From Candidatus Hydrogenedentota bacterium (GTDB taxonomy: Bacteria > Hydrogenedentota > Hydrogenedentia > Hydrogenedentales > SLHB01), in NCBI GenBank assembly GCA_045863335.1, contig BTVY01000043.1, positions 1-64,000 on the forward strand: a stretch of 64,000 nt of DNA, read 5' to 3'. Position numbers and translations under genes: made by a program. Below the pieces are notes generated by a model. The model was given only the letters and a program-made list of their open reading frames with translations. It had not been told where the DNA came from and searched no databases. This document shows, in pieces, positions 1 through 8,793 of the stretch (its first letter is position 1; each line of letters opens with the position of its first letter).

Positions 1-130
1 CGGCGGCTCGGGGTTGGGGCAGCGGCGGCTCGGGGTTGGGGCATCGGCGGCTCGGGGTTGGGGCAGCGGCGGCTCGGGGTTGGGGCATCGGCGGCTCGGG
101 GTTGGGGCAGCGGCGGCTCGGCGTTGGGCT
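1..130. repeat. 22-bp G-rich tandem repeat (CGGCGGCTCGGGGTTGGGGCA[G/T]), 5 full copies plus a degenerate sixth; may continue beyond the window
   Basis: Read directly; last base alternates G/T giving a 44-bp super-period. Confidence 0.95.
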
Positions 131-249
131 GCATTCGGAAGCGCCGATTCTCGACTTCTTTCGTGCGCAAGTCAATTCGCTGAGGCGCGCTCGCGTAGAC
201 GCGGCATTCCAGTCGCAGTAACCCCACGTCATACCCAGCGACTCCGCGG

Positions 250-337
250 AAAACTGGGGACAGTCACCTTTTCGTTCTTGTATCGCTGAGAAGTAGTAGA
301 ACAGCCGAGAAACGAAAAGATAGCTGTCCCTATTTTT
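250..337. repeat. Imperfect inverted-repeat (REP-like) element
   Basis: GGGGACAGTCACCTTTTCGTT (256-276) pairs with AACGAAAAGATAGCTGTCCC (311-330); a related single arm occurs at 42751-42776. Confidence 0.7.
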
Positions 338-1387
338 CTACTGTTGGTCCGGGTTTGCCAAGCGTCCCAATGTCCCGCCGAGGTGGGCGCAGACTTTTTC
401 GAATCCGCTGGGGGTGTAGTGGACGACGTCCACGTAATCATTCCGGGTCAGGTTCCACTCGGAGGGGGATTCGATCCAGATGACTTCGCAGCCGGGTGCG
501 TTGTTTTCCAGGAACGTCTTCATCTCGAAGTAGCCGCGTCCGGGATGGGAGAGATTCTCGAGGAAATCCTCGCGCACCGGAGGCCACACGAGCACCAGGC
601 GGGCGCGCTCGGGTAGCAGTGCACGCAGTTCTTCTAAAGCGCCTGCCTGCACCGCGGATTGCACGATCCCTGGCGCGTAGGTTGCCATCATCTCGGGCGT
701 GAGATTCTCGCCGCTCCGTTCAAGCCATGGATCCGATTGCCCTTCCGGCACGGGTGTCATTTGGAATGCCTCGTAGGGAGCAGTGCCACCTTGTGCAAGC
801 CGCGAGAACGCGTCACACCATCCCACGACGCGCCTGCGTTGGGTAACGTACGGGACGGCCAGGTCAGCCCAAGCTTCGATACGCGTTGACATGGAGTCAA
901 TTCGAGAACGGTCTTTCGCGTTAGCGAGCGCCAGGAAGAGAGGGTCGGTTTCTGTGAAGATTGGCCCCCGATACAACTGGAATGGCAGGAGGTCGATTAG
1001 CAGCAGGTCCAAATCCTCCATGGCCGAGGGGTTGCGCCGGAAAAATGCCAGCATGCGCCAGAAGGTGTTGCCCGCCCGCGAGTAGTTTGCGATTTCATCC
1101 GGCGCGCAACCGAGTTGCTTCGCCAGACAATCCGTCGGCAGCGCGCCGAAACGGGAGGTGCCCGCGACGATGACGCGCGGCGCCGGTTTGTCCGAGAGGC
1201 GATGGAGGGCTTCGACCGTCATGTACTGGTGTTGCGATTCCAATTCCGCGACGGTAAGAAACGCGTCGGGTTCGGTAAGAAGCGCCAGGCGCGCGGCAAC
1301 GAAGATGGCCAACGCGCCCCACGCGGGTGCCGTCAGACGCGGCCATGACTCGAGCGTCTTAGAACTGAAAATAGATGAACGTCTCAC
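338..1387 (-). CDS. SGNH-like acyltransferase partner of MBOAT (AlgJ/DltD-like)
   Basis: N-terminal TM helix, GTSR block-I-like motif, C-terminal DVVH (DxxH); GTG start overlaps the MBOAT stop. Confidence 0.7.
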   Translation of the reverse strand: MRRSSIFSSKTLESWPRLTAPAWGALAIFVAARLALLTEPDAFLTVAELESQHQYMTVEALHRLSDKPAPRVIVAGTSRFGALPTDCLAKQLGCAPDEIANYSRAGNTFWRMLAFFRRNPSAMEDLDLLLIDLLPFQLYRGPIFTETDPLFLALANAKDRSRIDSMSTRIEAWADLAVPYVTQRRRVVGWCDAFSRLAQGGTAPYEAFQMTPVPEGQSDPWLERSGENLTPEMMATYAPGIVQSAVQAGALEELRALLPERARLVLVWPPVREDFLENLSHPGRGYFEMKTFLENNAPGCEVIWIESPSEWNLTRNDYVDVVHYTPSGFEKVCAHLGGTLGRLANPDQQ

Positions 1388-2804
1388 CGGACGGCTCCCT
1401 CACGTAAGCGATTACCAGCAGGGCAACCGCGTACCCAAACGTGCGTACCCAGGCGGGGGTTGAGCGGTCGAAGGGCGCTTCCCGCACGCGGAACCAGCAT
1501 AGGAAATCGAGTAGTGCGGCGATACCGCCAAGGACCAGCAAGGTCTGCGGCAATCCTCGCAGCGACTCTGCCATGGAGAAGTCTCCCGTGAAGAGCACGC
1601 TCGACAGGGTAAAGAGGAAGTCCTGGGCTTGTTCGCCGGTATCCGAGCGGAAGAAGATCCAGGTCAGGCAGACGAGGTGGAAGGTGCCGACAGCCTTAAC
1701 GAGAAAGACTGCCCAGTCTCGAAGGCCGGATGGCGGACCCTCCGCGGTAATTCTGCGGCCGCGGGTGATGGCTTTGTGTACGGCGAGAAAGAGGCCGTGC
1801 AGTCCGCCCCAGATGACGAAGGTCCACGCGGCGCCATGCCAGAGTCCGCCGAGCAGCATGGTGATGAAGAGGTTCAGGTACTGACGCCGCGGACCCTGGC
1901 GATTGCCGCCGAGGGGGATGTAGAGATAGTCGCGCAGCCAGGTCGAAAGGGAGATGTGCCAGCGCCGCCAGAACTCGGTGATGTTGCGGGACCAATAGGG
2001 CTGCCGGAAGTTCTCCATCAGCTCGATCCCGAGCAAGCGGCTTACGCCGCGGGCGATGTCGGTATAGCCCGAGAAGTCGCCGTAGATCTGGAACGCGAAG
2101 GCGTAAACGCCCAAGACAAGCGCGCCGGAACTGAGGTTCCTATAGTCGGCGAAGCAGGTGTCTACATACGGCGCGAGTCCATCGGCGATGACGACTTTCT
2201 TGACGTAACCCCAGAGGATCAGTTGCGCGCCGGAGGCGAGTTGGTCCTGGGTCACAATGCGCGGTGCTTGAATCTGCGGCAATAGACGGGACGCGCGCTC
2301 GATAGGTCCTGCCACGAGTTGGGGAAAGTAGGACACGTAGAGGGCGAAGGCCCAGAGGTCGCGCGTCGCTTTCTGTTCGCCGCGGTAGACGTCGATGGTG
2401 TAGGCGAGGGTTTGGAAGGTGTAGAAGGAGATGCCGACGGGCAAAATGATCTCCAGCAACGGCGCGTTTACGTTCAGCCCTGCGCTGGTTAGTAGCGTGC
2501 TCGCGGACTCTACGAAGAAATCGAAGTACTTGAAGAATCCGAGGATGCCGAGATTCGCGCAGATGCTGACGAGTAGCAGGCTTTTCCTGCGGCGTTGGTC
2601 GTGACTCGCATCGAGTCCCAGCGCCACGAAGTAGTCAATGCACGTGGACAGGGCGAGGAGGCCGAGAAACCGCCAGTCCCAGTAGCCGTAGAAGACATAG
2701 CTTGCCACCACGAGAAACCGGTTCTGCCACCGATGGGAAAGGGAATAATAGACCGGCAATACGATTGCCAGGAATCCGACGAAGACGAACGAGTTGAATA
2801 GCAT
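1359..2804 (-). CDS. MBOAT family O-acyltransferase (AlgI/PatA-like)
   Basis: MLFNS start, LPVGISFYTFQ, FPQLVAGPI, DFSGY, FWRRWHISLS, GLWHG, FIYFQF terminus. Confidence 0.95.
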   Translation of the reverse strand: MLFNSFVFVGFLAIVLPVYYSLSHRWQNRFLVVASYVFYGYWDWRFLGLLALSTCIDYFVALGLDASHDQRRRKSLLLVSICANLGILGFFKYFDFFVESASTLLTSAGLNVNAPLLEIILPVGISFYTFQTLAYTIDVYRGEQKATRDLWAFALYVSYFPQLVAGPIERASRLLPQIQAPRIVTQDQLASGAQLILWGYVKKVVIADGLAPYVDTCFADYRNLSSGALVLGVYAFAFQIYGDFSGYTDIARGVSRLLGIELMENFRQPYWSRNITEFWRRWHISLSTWLRDYLYIPLGGNRQGPRRQYLNLFITMLLGGLWHGAAWTFVIWGGLHGLFLAVHKAITRGRRITAEGPPSGLRDWAVFLVKAVGTFHLVCLTWIFFRSDTGEQAQDFLFTLSSVLFTGDFSMAESLRGLPQTLLVLGGIAALLDFLCWFRVREAPFDRSTPAWVRTFGYAVALLVIAYVREPSGETFIYFQF

Positions 2805-2919
2805 GTGACCCAATCCGTGCCGATACCGCGGAAAAGCCCGCATGCACGGGCGTCACCGCTCACGGTGTTGTACTGATTGTGCCGGTTCGGGTCAACTATG
2901 CGCTCGACTCAAGGCTTGG

Positions 2920-5900
2920 TTACGGCGCGGCCACCACCTGAAACGTGCCGTCGCTGTAGTCTTCCAGCATGGGATCGGACTTGGAGCGGACGCGGAGCTG
3001 GTAGCCCTTTCGAGTAGGCAGGTCCGAGGGTACAACCCATACAGCTTTGCCGTCGTTGGCCGTGCCCTTTTTGATGACCGTCACGAGAGCGCCTTTTCGC
3101 CAGAGTTCGATGCGAACCTTTTCGCCCGCGTTCCCGAGAGAACGCCAGCGGATCTTCTGTTTGACGCCGCGCTGCCAGATCTCGCCGCCGTTGGGTTTCT
3201 TGACCACGATGCCGTGTTCCATGCGGAAGACCGCATTGAGGGCGAGGTCACCGGTCATGATCAACTCCGCGGGGGTGTTGTTTCCTGTTACAGCGCCGGA
3301 CCAGTAGTCGAAGACCCACCCGTAGCCGGGGGTCGGGGCGATGGACATGGGTTCGCTGTCCGAGCAGGAGTGAACGCCTGCGGCGGGATCGGTGGTTCCG
3401 TTCCCGACGCAGGCGATGGTCAGCGAGTATGGGATGGCCTCGAAGGCGCCCATATCCATGCCGGCTCCTCGAGGCCGGCTCACGTAGCGGATATCGCCGA
3501 GGACCGACCCGTCCGCGATTCCGGTGTCGATACAGGGTGAAGCCCCGCGCAGGCGAACATCCGCGGCGGCGATGTCGAAGAAGAGGGGAGGTGCGTCCAG
3601 GTTGCCGGTCCCCACGCTACCCGATCCGCGCACGTCGCTGTATGTGTACGCGATCGCGCCGCCACCTTGCACGAACTCCGCGGCGTTCTCGTTCCATACG
3701 ATACAGTTCTTGAGTTGTATCGATGCGGTCCCACCGGCGAAGAACCCGCCGCTGGGATTCCCCGCAACGGTGCAGTTGCGCATGATCAGGTTCCCGGCGG
3801 GACACCCCATCGATTGGAACGACCCGGCGTGCCCCCACACGATGCAGTTCTCGTAGGTCGCGGAGCCTCCGTTTAGTCCCAAAGCCCACGAACCGTTCTC
3901 CAGGAATTGCGAACGTTCGACCCGGAGATTGGCGATACCGGTCTCAATGCCACCCGCGTTCTGCGCGAATATGCAGCGGTCTACCGAGGTCAACCCCGGA
4001 GATGATTCGGTGTACATCGCCGCGCCTGTGTTGTATTCGAAGCTGCAGGCTAACCAGTAGTTGTGTCCCTGCGCGGCCCGGACGGTGTAACCGGAGTTCA
4101 GGCGAAAGTCGCAATGATCGAAATTGGACACGTTATCCCCGGCGAGGTATACGGCGCTCCCGCCTTCACCGCCGGGCTCGTTGGTGTTCGAGGTGAACGT
4201 GCAGTAGTCGAAACGAGGGCGAACCGTATAGTCCGCGGTGCCTGCGACGGCGACTGCGCCACCACTCATTCCGCTGTTTTCCGTGAACACGCAGTGGGAA
4301 ATCGTTGGCGCGCCGCCCGCGACCGCGACGCCGCCCCCCATGCCTTCCAGGTCCGAACTCGTGCCGTTTGCAATGCCGCCGCGAATGGTGAACCCGTCCA
4401 GAATGGTGTCGCAGTCCAGAAGTACGACATGGAATGCGGGGTCGCCCTCGCGCGCTGTCGCGCCGTCGAGCACCGTGGGATAGAGATCCACGTTGCGCTG
4501 CGCGCGCGACGTTTCGGCTCCGGAGAAGCCTCCGTAGACATGCACGTCGTCGCTCAACTGAATGGCGCCGGACCGATTGACACGTTCCTCGCCATAGGTG
4601 CCTTCGGCGATCCACACCTCGCCCCAGCCGTCGAGGGTCGCAGCGTCAATCCCCGCCTGAACCGTATCGTACGCCGTTGCCCATGAGGTCCCGTCCATCC
4701 CCGGCCCTGGCGCGTTGTTCCAGACGTGCGTGACCGGACGAATCTCGTAGGCCCCCATGTCATACCCAGCGCCGCTGGGACGAGGATGACCGTCGAGATC
4801 GTCATCCGGGGCGTTGGCGGCGGTCCCCGTATCGCGGCAGGGCGAGTTGTACTGGAGCCGCAAATCGGTGGGCGGGGATATGAACTGGGGATCCGACTGG
4901 ATGTTCGTGCCCGACGGCGCGCGATCCTCGATGTCGGAATAGGTAATCTTCGTACCGCTTCCGGCAACTTGTCCGGCGGGGTTATTGTACGCCGTGTTAC
5001 CCCATACGACCGAATTCGTGATCAGCACCGAGGAGGGATCGTCGGTATAGACGGCGGCGCCATTCGATGCAATGTTGTTGTAGAAGGTGCAGTTGGCGAC
5101 CAATACGTTTGTCGAGTCGTTGTCATTGCAGATCGCGCCGCCGATCGAGCCGTTTTGCCCGAAGAAGCGGCTGTTTACGATGCTCACATCGGGCGAGAAC
5201 GTGTTGTAGATTGCGCCACCCTGATTGCCCCAGTTGTTGGTGAAGTCGCACCGCGTCATTTTCATGGCGCTCGCGTTGTTGTAGATTGCGCCGCCGTTGA
5301 AATAGCCGGCGCGGTGGTTGTGAAACCCGCATCCCACCAGGGCCACGGTGGAGAAGAGGTTAAAGATGGCGCCGCCTTCCGTTGCGCCCTGGGCGTTGGT
5401 GTTGTCGGAGAACACGCAGTTCTCAATCTCGACGTTTACGCCCGAGTTGAACATGGCCCCGCCGACCAGCGCCGAATTGCTGTGAAACTGGCAATCGACG
5501 ATACGAATCCCCAAAAGGCCAGGCGTTGGAAAGGGCACCACATTGGACATGCCGCCGCCCTGGGCGTTTTCGTATTCGCCCGTGGCCGCGCCGCCGAAGA
5601 CGGTGAACCCGCTGAGGAGGGTATTGTCTGCGCCGAGAATGACATGATACGCAGGGACTCTGGCGCCGGAGTCATTGCGGGAGGTCGATCCCCCGAGGAA
5701 CGTAATGTACAGTTCGGGATTAGGTGCGTCCCCCGGAGCTTCTATGCCGGCGAAACCGCCGATGAGGTTCACGCCGGAGCGCATGACAAGGGCGCCCGTC
5801 GGGTCGGGCCGTTCCTCGTTGTAGAATCCGGTCCGCACCCATACCTCGCCACCGCCTTGAGTTGAAGCCGCGTCGATAGCGGGTTGTATCGTTCGGTACC

Positions 5901-6027
5901 CTGTAGCCCACGCCAAGCCGTCTTCGGTACCGGACGTGTTGCCCTGGTTGACGTATCGGATTACCGGGGCGCCCGCGGCACAGAAATTCGACGCCAGGAA
6001 GAACAGGCAGATCACGCCTCGTTGCAT
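2920..6027 (-). CDS. Secreted right-handed beta-helix (pectin-lyase fold / choice-of-anchor Q) protein with two duplicated units and C-terminal Ig-like domains
   Basis: Signal peptide; GGAI..N repeats; DGxxWATxY...DMGA[YF]E occurs twice; PNGGE..W..G Ig-like tail; AGGAG RBS before ATG 6027. Confidence 0.8.
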   Translation of the reverse strand: MQRGVICLFFLASNFCAAGAPVIRYVNQGNTSGTEDGLAWATGYRTIQPAIDAASTQGGGEVWVRTGFYNEERPDPTGALVMRSGVNLIGGFAGIEAPGDAPNPELYITFLGGSTSRNDSGARVPAYHVILGADNTLLSGFTVFGGAATGEYENAQGGGMSNVVPFPTPGLLGIRIVDCQFHSNSALVGGAMFNSGVNVEIENCVFSDNTNAQGATEGGAIFNLFSTVALVGCGFHNHRAGYFNGGAIYNNASAMKMTRCDFTNNWGNQGGAIYNTFSPDVSIVNSRFFGQNGSIGGAICNDNDSTNVLVANCTFYNNIASNGAAVYTDDPSSVLITNSVVWGNTAYNNPAGQVAGSGTKITYSDIEDRAPSGTNIQSDPQFISPPTDLRLQYNSPCRDTGTAANAPDDDLDGHPRPSGAGYDMGAYEIRPVTHVWNNAPGPGMDGTSWATAYDTVQAGIDAATLDGWGEVWIAEGTYGEERVNRSGAIQLSDDVHVYGGFSGAETSRAQRNVDLYPTVLDGATAREGDPAFHVVLLDCDTILDGFTIRGGIANGTSSDLEGMGGGVAVAGGAPTISHCVFTENSGMSGGAVAVAGTADYTVRPRFDYCTFTSNTNEPGGEGGSAVYLAGDNVSNFDHCDFRLNSGYTVRAAQGHNYWLACSFEYNTGAAMYTESSPGLTSVDRCIFAQNAGGIETGIANLRVERSQFLENGSWALGLNGGSATYENCIVWGHAGSFQSMGCPAGNLIMRNCTVAGNPSGGFFAGGTASIQLKNCIVWNENAAEFVQGGGAIAYTYSDVRGSGSVGTGNLDAPPLFFDIAAADVRLRGASPCIDTGIADGSVLGDIRYVSRPRGAGMDMGAFEAIPYSLTIACVGNGTTDPAAGVHSCSDSEPMSIAPTPGYGWVFDYWSGAVTGNNTPAELIMTGDLALNAVFRMEHGIVVKKPNGGEIWQRGVKQKIRWRSLGNAGEKVRIELWRKGALVTVIKKGTANDGKAVWVVPSDLPTRKGYQLRVRSKSDPMLEDYSDGTFQVVAAP

Positions 6028-6119
6028 GGTCTGTACTCCTACCAGCAACATCCGGCCGCCGAAGGTCCAGTCCTCAAGAGGGGGAAGGGACCCACGGCTT
6101 CAGGAATGTTGATTCCGTA

Positions 6120-6311
6120 TCAGCCGGTGTTCCGGTTCCGGTTGGTTCGCGTGGTGGTCGTGCCGCCGGGCCGCGTCAACCGCGGCGTCACGCGGTTCTG
6201 TGCGCGCAACACGTCGTGGATGGAAGAATGAGGGCCGCCCCGCAACCGGTCGCGGTCCTGTTCCGGTTTCGCGAAACCCCGGAAATGTTTGTGGCCTTTC
6301 GCCCGTCCCAT
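6120..6311 (-). CDS. Putative small Arg-rich protein (63 aa)
   Basis: ATG at 6311 preceded by GGGGAG RBS and a near-consensus promoter; no recognisable family. Confidence 0.45.
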   Translation of the reverse strand: MGRAKGHKHFRGFAKPEQDRDRLRGGPHSSIHDVLRAQNRVTPRLTRPGGTTTTRTNRNRNTG

Positions 6312-6368
6312 AATGCACTCCCCCGGGACAGACAAAATCGGTGTGGCAGACGCCCCAAGCCTATGTCC

Positions 6369-6397
6369 AGCATAGGCCTAAAGGGGTCTGATGTCAA
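6369..6397 (-). promoter_or_regulatory. sigma70-type promoter
   Basis: TTGACA-17 bp-TATGCT on the minus strand. Confidence 0.7.
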
Positions 6398-6493
6398 TGG
6401 GCGACTCATTGAACCGGATCGGTCCAGGACTTAGAATCAACCCGTATTCAGACGTCGCTTACACTCCGGTTTTCCCGGATACAGGGGGGCGGT

Positions 6494-7330
6494 ATGGGGA
6501 TTCGGATTGTTGTCGTGTTTCTTGCGGGTATCGTGTTGTTCATCGGCGCTTTTGGCGCGGCGTGGGGTGATCCGTTTGTGAAACCGCAGGATTACCGCAA
6601 AGAGCCGTTTCAACGGATGGTTATCCTGGGCGAGAGTACCGTCGAGGGCGGGCCGTGGCTGGCGGACCCGACGCACCGTTATGCCGATGTGCTGGCGAAC
6701 CTGATCGGCGAATGTCAGGGGTCGCCTATCGAGTATCACAACAAGGGGATCGGCGCGAACGCCATCTCGCCGCGCAGTCCCGGTTACGAGAAGTCGCGCA
6801 AACCGAGTGCCATGGAGCGGTATAAGGACGATGTTGTCGCGTTGAATCCGGACCTGTTTATCCTTGCGTACGGATTGAATGATATGCGGGCGGGGATGCC
6901 GCTGAAGGATTTCCGGGAGGACATGGCCACGATCATTCGCGACGTGAAGGCGGAATGCGATCCGGTGATCGTGTTGACCACGATCTACTACATGACCGGC
7001 TGGAAAAGTTATCCGCCGTACGACAAGGGCAGCGTGAAGTTGACGCGGAAGTACAATGAGTGCATTCGGGATCTTGCCGAGGAGTACGACTGCATCCTCG
7101 CGGACGTGTGGAGCGCGGAAGGTGGGGCGGACTGGGTGATCGATCCGGACGGCGTTCACGCGAACCGTGTTGGCAACATGCTGATCGCCAACAAGATTTT
7201 CGAAGCGATCGCGCAACATGCGAGTTGCCTGAGTGCGAAGTCGTTTCACGATCTCGCGGACACGAAGTGGCGAAAGGAAACGACGGCGTCGCGGGCGTCG
7301 GTGGGCGATCCGTTTGAGAAGACGTGGTGA
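6494..7330 (+). CDS. SGNH/GDSL hydrolase, secreted
   Basis: Signal peptide; GEST (block I), NKGIG, YGLND, DGVHAN. Confidence 0.9.
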   Translation: MGIRIVVVFLAGIVLFIGAFGAAWGDPFVKPQDYRKEPFQRMVILGESTVEGGPWLADPTHRYADVLANLIGECQGSPIEYHNKGIGANAISPRSPGYEKSRKPSAMERYKDDVVALNPDLFILAYGLNDMRAGMPLKDFREDMATIIRDVKAECDPVIVLTTIYYMTGWKSYPPYDKGSVKLTRKYNECIRDLAEEYDCILADVWSAEGGADWVIDPDGVHANRVGNMLIANKIFEAIAQHASCLSAKSFHDLADTKWRKETTASRASVGDPFEKTW

Positions 7331-7377
7331 GGGGTTTGGTTTCGCCCCAAAATCTCGTCGTTGGAGTTACGAGTGGG

Positions 7378-7541
7378 AAGAACATCCCCCTTGCCCCCTT
7401 CAAAGGGGGAATGGCGCGAGATAGATTCTTCGTTGCAGTGCAAAGTCGCCGAGTATGCGCGCGAACGTTTCGCGCCCATTTTCGCGCAACGCAAGGCGTT
7501 GCGTAGAGTTCCCCCTTTGAAGGGGGCAGGGGGATGTTCTT
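7378..7541. repeat. MITE/REP-like element with ~33-bp terminal inverted repeats
   Basis: AAGAACATCCCCCTTGCCCCCTTCAAAGGGGGAA (7378-7411) is the near-perfect reverse complement of 7509-7541; degenerate arm near 14855-14882. Confidence 0.85.
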
Positions 7542-7622
7542 GGGGGTCGTGATTCTACGGTTGCGATCGATTAGGGCTATGATGACGATTGCGACTACGG
7601 GAAACCTGGGAGGTACCAGAAC

Positions 7623-8636
7623 ATGTCGAAACTTGGGGTTGGCGTCATCGGCTGTGGTTGGGTGGCCGAAGAATACATCAAATGGTTTCAAAACGACGAG
7701 CGGTCTGAAGTCCGCGGTTTGGTGAGCCGGAGCCGGGAGAAGCCGCGCGCGTACCGGGACAAGTACAACCTGGACTGCACCATCACGCCCGACCATGCGG
7801 ATATGTTGAAGCAGGACGACATCGATATCGTCGTGGTCTGCACGCCGCACGATCAACACACCGGCTACGTCGTCGCGGCGGCGGAAGCGGGCAAGCACCT
7901 CATCATCGAGAAGCCGGTCGCGCTCACGATGGAGGACGTGCGCCGGCAGCAGGCCGCCGTGAGCAAGGCGGGGGTGAAGACTGTTGTCAGCTTCGTGTTG
8001 CATTGGAACCCGCTGTTGATGACGATCGACAGCCTCATCCAACAAGGCGCGTTTGGCAATATCTTTATGGTGGAAGTCGATTACCTGCACCGCATCTGGT
8101 GCGGACCCGATCGCTGGCTTGGCACAAAGGAACAGGGTGGCACCTCCATGCTGGCCGCCGGGTGTCATGCGGTGGACGCGATGCGATGGTTTGCCCGGAG
8201 CGAGCCGGTGGAAGTCAGTGCGTATACGGTGAAGACCGAAAACCCGCTCGAGTATGCCGGCACGACCACGGCGGTGGTGAAGTTCGCCGACGGTAAGGTG
8301 GGGCGCACGACGAGCTGTTTTGACGCCGAGATGCCGTACGTCTTCAACATCGGCATTTACGGGACCGAAGGTTCGCTGCGCAACGACCAGATCTACGCGC
8401 CAAAACTGTTCCCCGGTCAGACGGGTTTCATGAAGATCCCGACGGTACTCCCCGATAGCGGCGACGTGGCGCATCATCCGTTCCGCGGGGAGGTCGAGCA
8501 TCTGCTGGATTGTATCGTCGCCGACACGCGGCCTTTCCCGGATCTGGATGATGCCGCAAACACAATGGCCGTATGCGTCGCGGCGGACCGGTCGGCGGAG
8601 GAAGGACGCGCGGTGAACGTGTCCGAGGTTGGGTGA
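7623..8636 (+). CDS. Gfo/Idh/MocA oxidoreductase (cytoplasmic)
   Basis: GVIGCGWVA Rossmann motif, TPHDQH, EKP, GCHAVD. Confidence 0.93.
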   Translation: MSKLGVGVIGCGWVAEEYIKWFQNDERSEVRGLVSRSREKPRAYRDKYNLDCTITPDHADMLKQDDIDIVVVCTPHDQHTGYVVAAAEAGKHLIIEKPVALTMEDVRRQQAAVSKAGVKTVVSFVLHWNPLLMTIDSLIQQGAFGNIFMVEVDYLHRIWCGPDRWLGTKEQGGTSMLAAGCHAVDAMRWFARSEPVEVSAYTVKTENPLEYAGTTTAVVKFADGKVGRTTSCFDAEMPYVFNIGIYGTEGSLRNDQIYAPKLFPGQTGFMKIPTVLPDSGDVAHHPFRGEVEHLLDCIVADTRPFPDLDDAANTMAVCVAADRSAEEGRAVNVSEVG

Positions 8637-8793
8637 CAGCGGTAGAGGCCACTGTTCGATTGTTTATTACTGCGGTGAGTCATCAACTGCGATGACATGA
8701 ACTCGCCGCCATTGCCTGAACGAGGCGGATGCCAATGGCATGATTACCGGATTGAGAAGGGATTACAACGTCTTGAAGTTGAGTGCGGCGAAG

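Noticed and set aside
1-289. ORFs 14-289 and 36-221
   Set aside because: Products merely reflect the 22-bp repeat read through shifting frames
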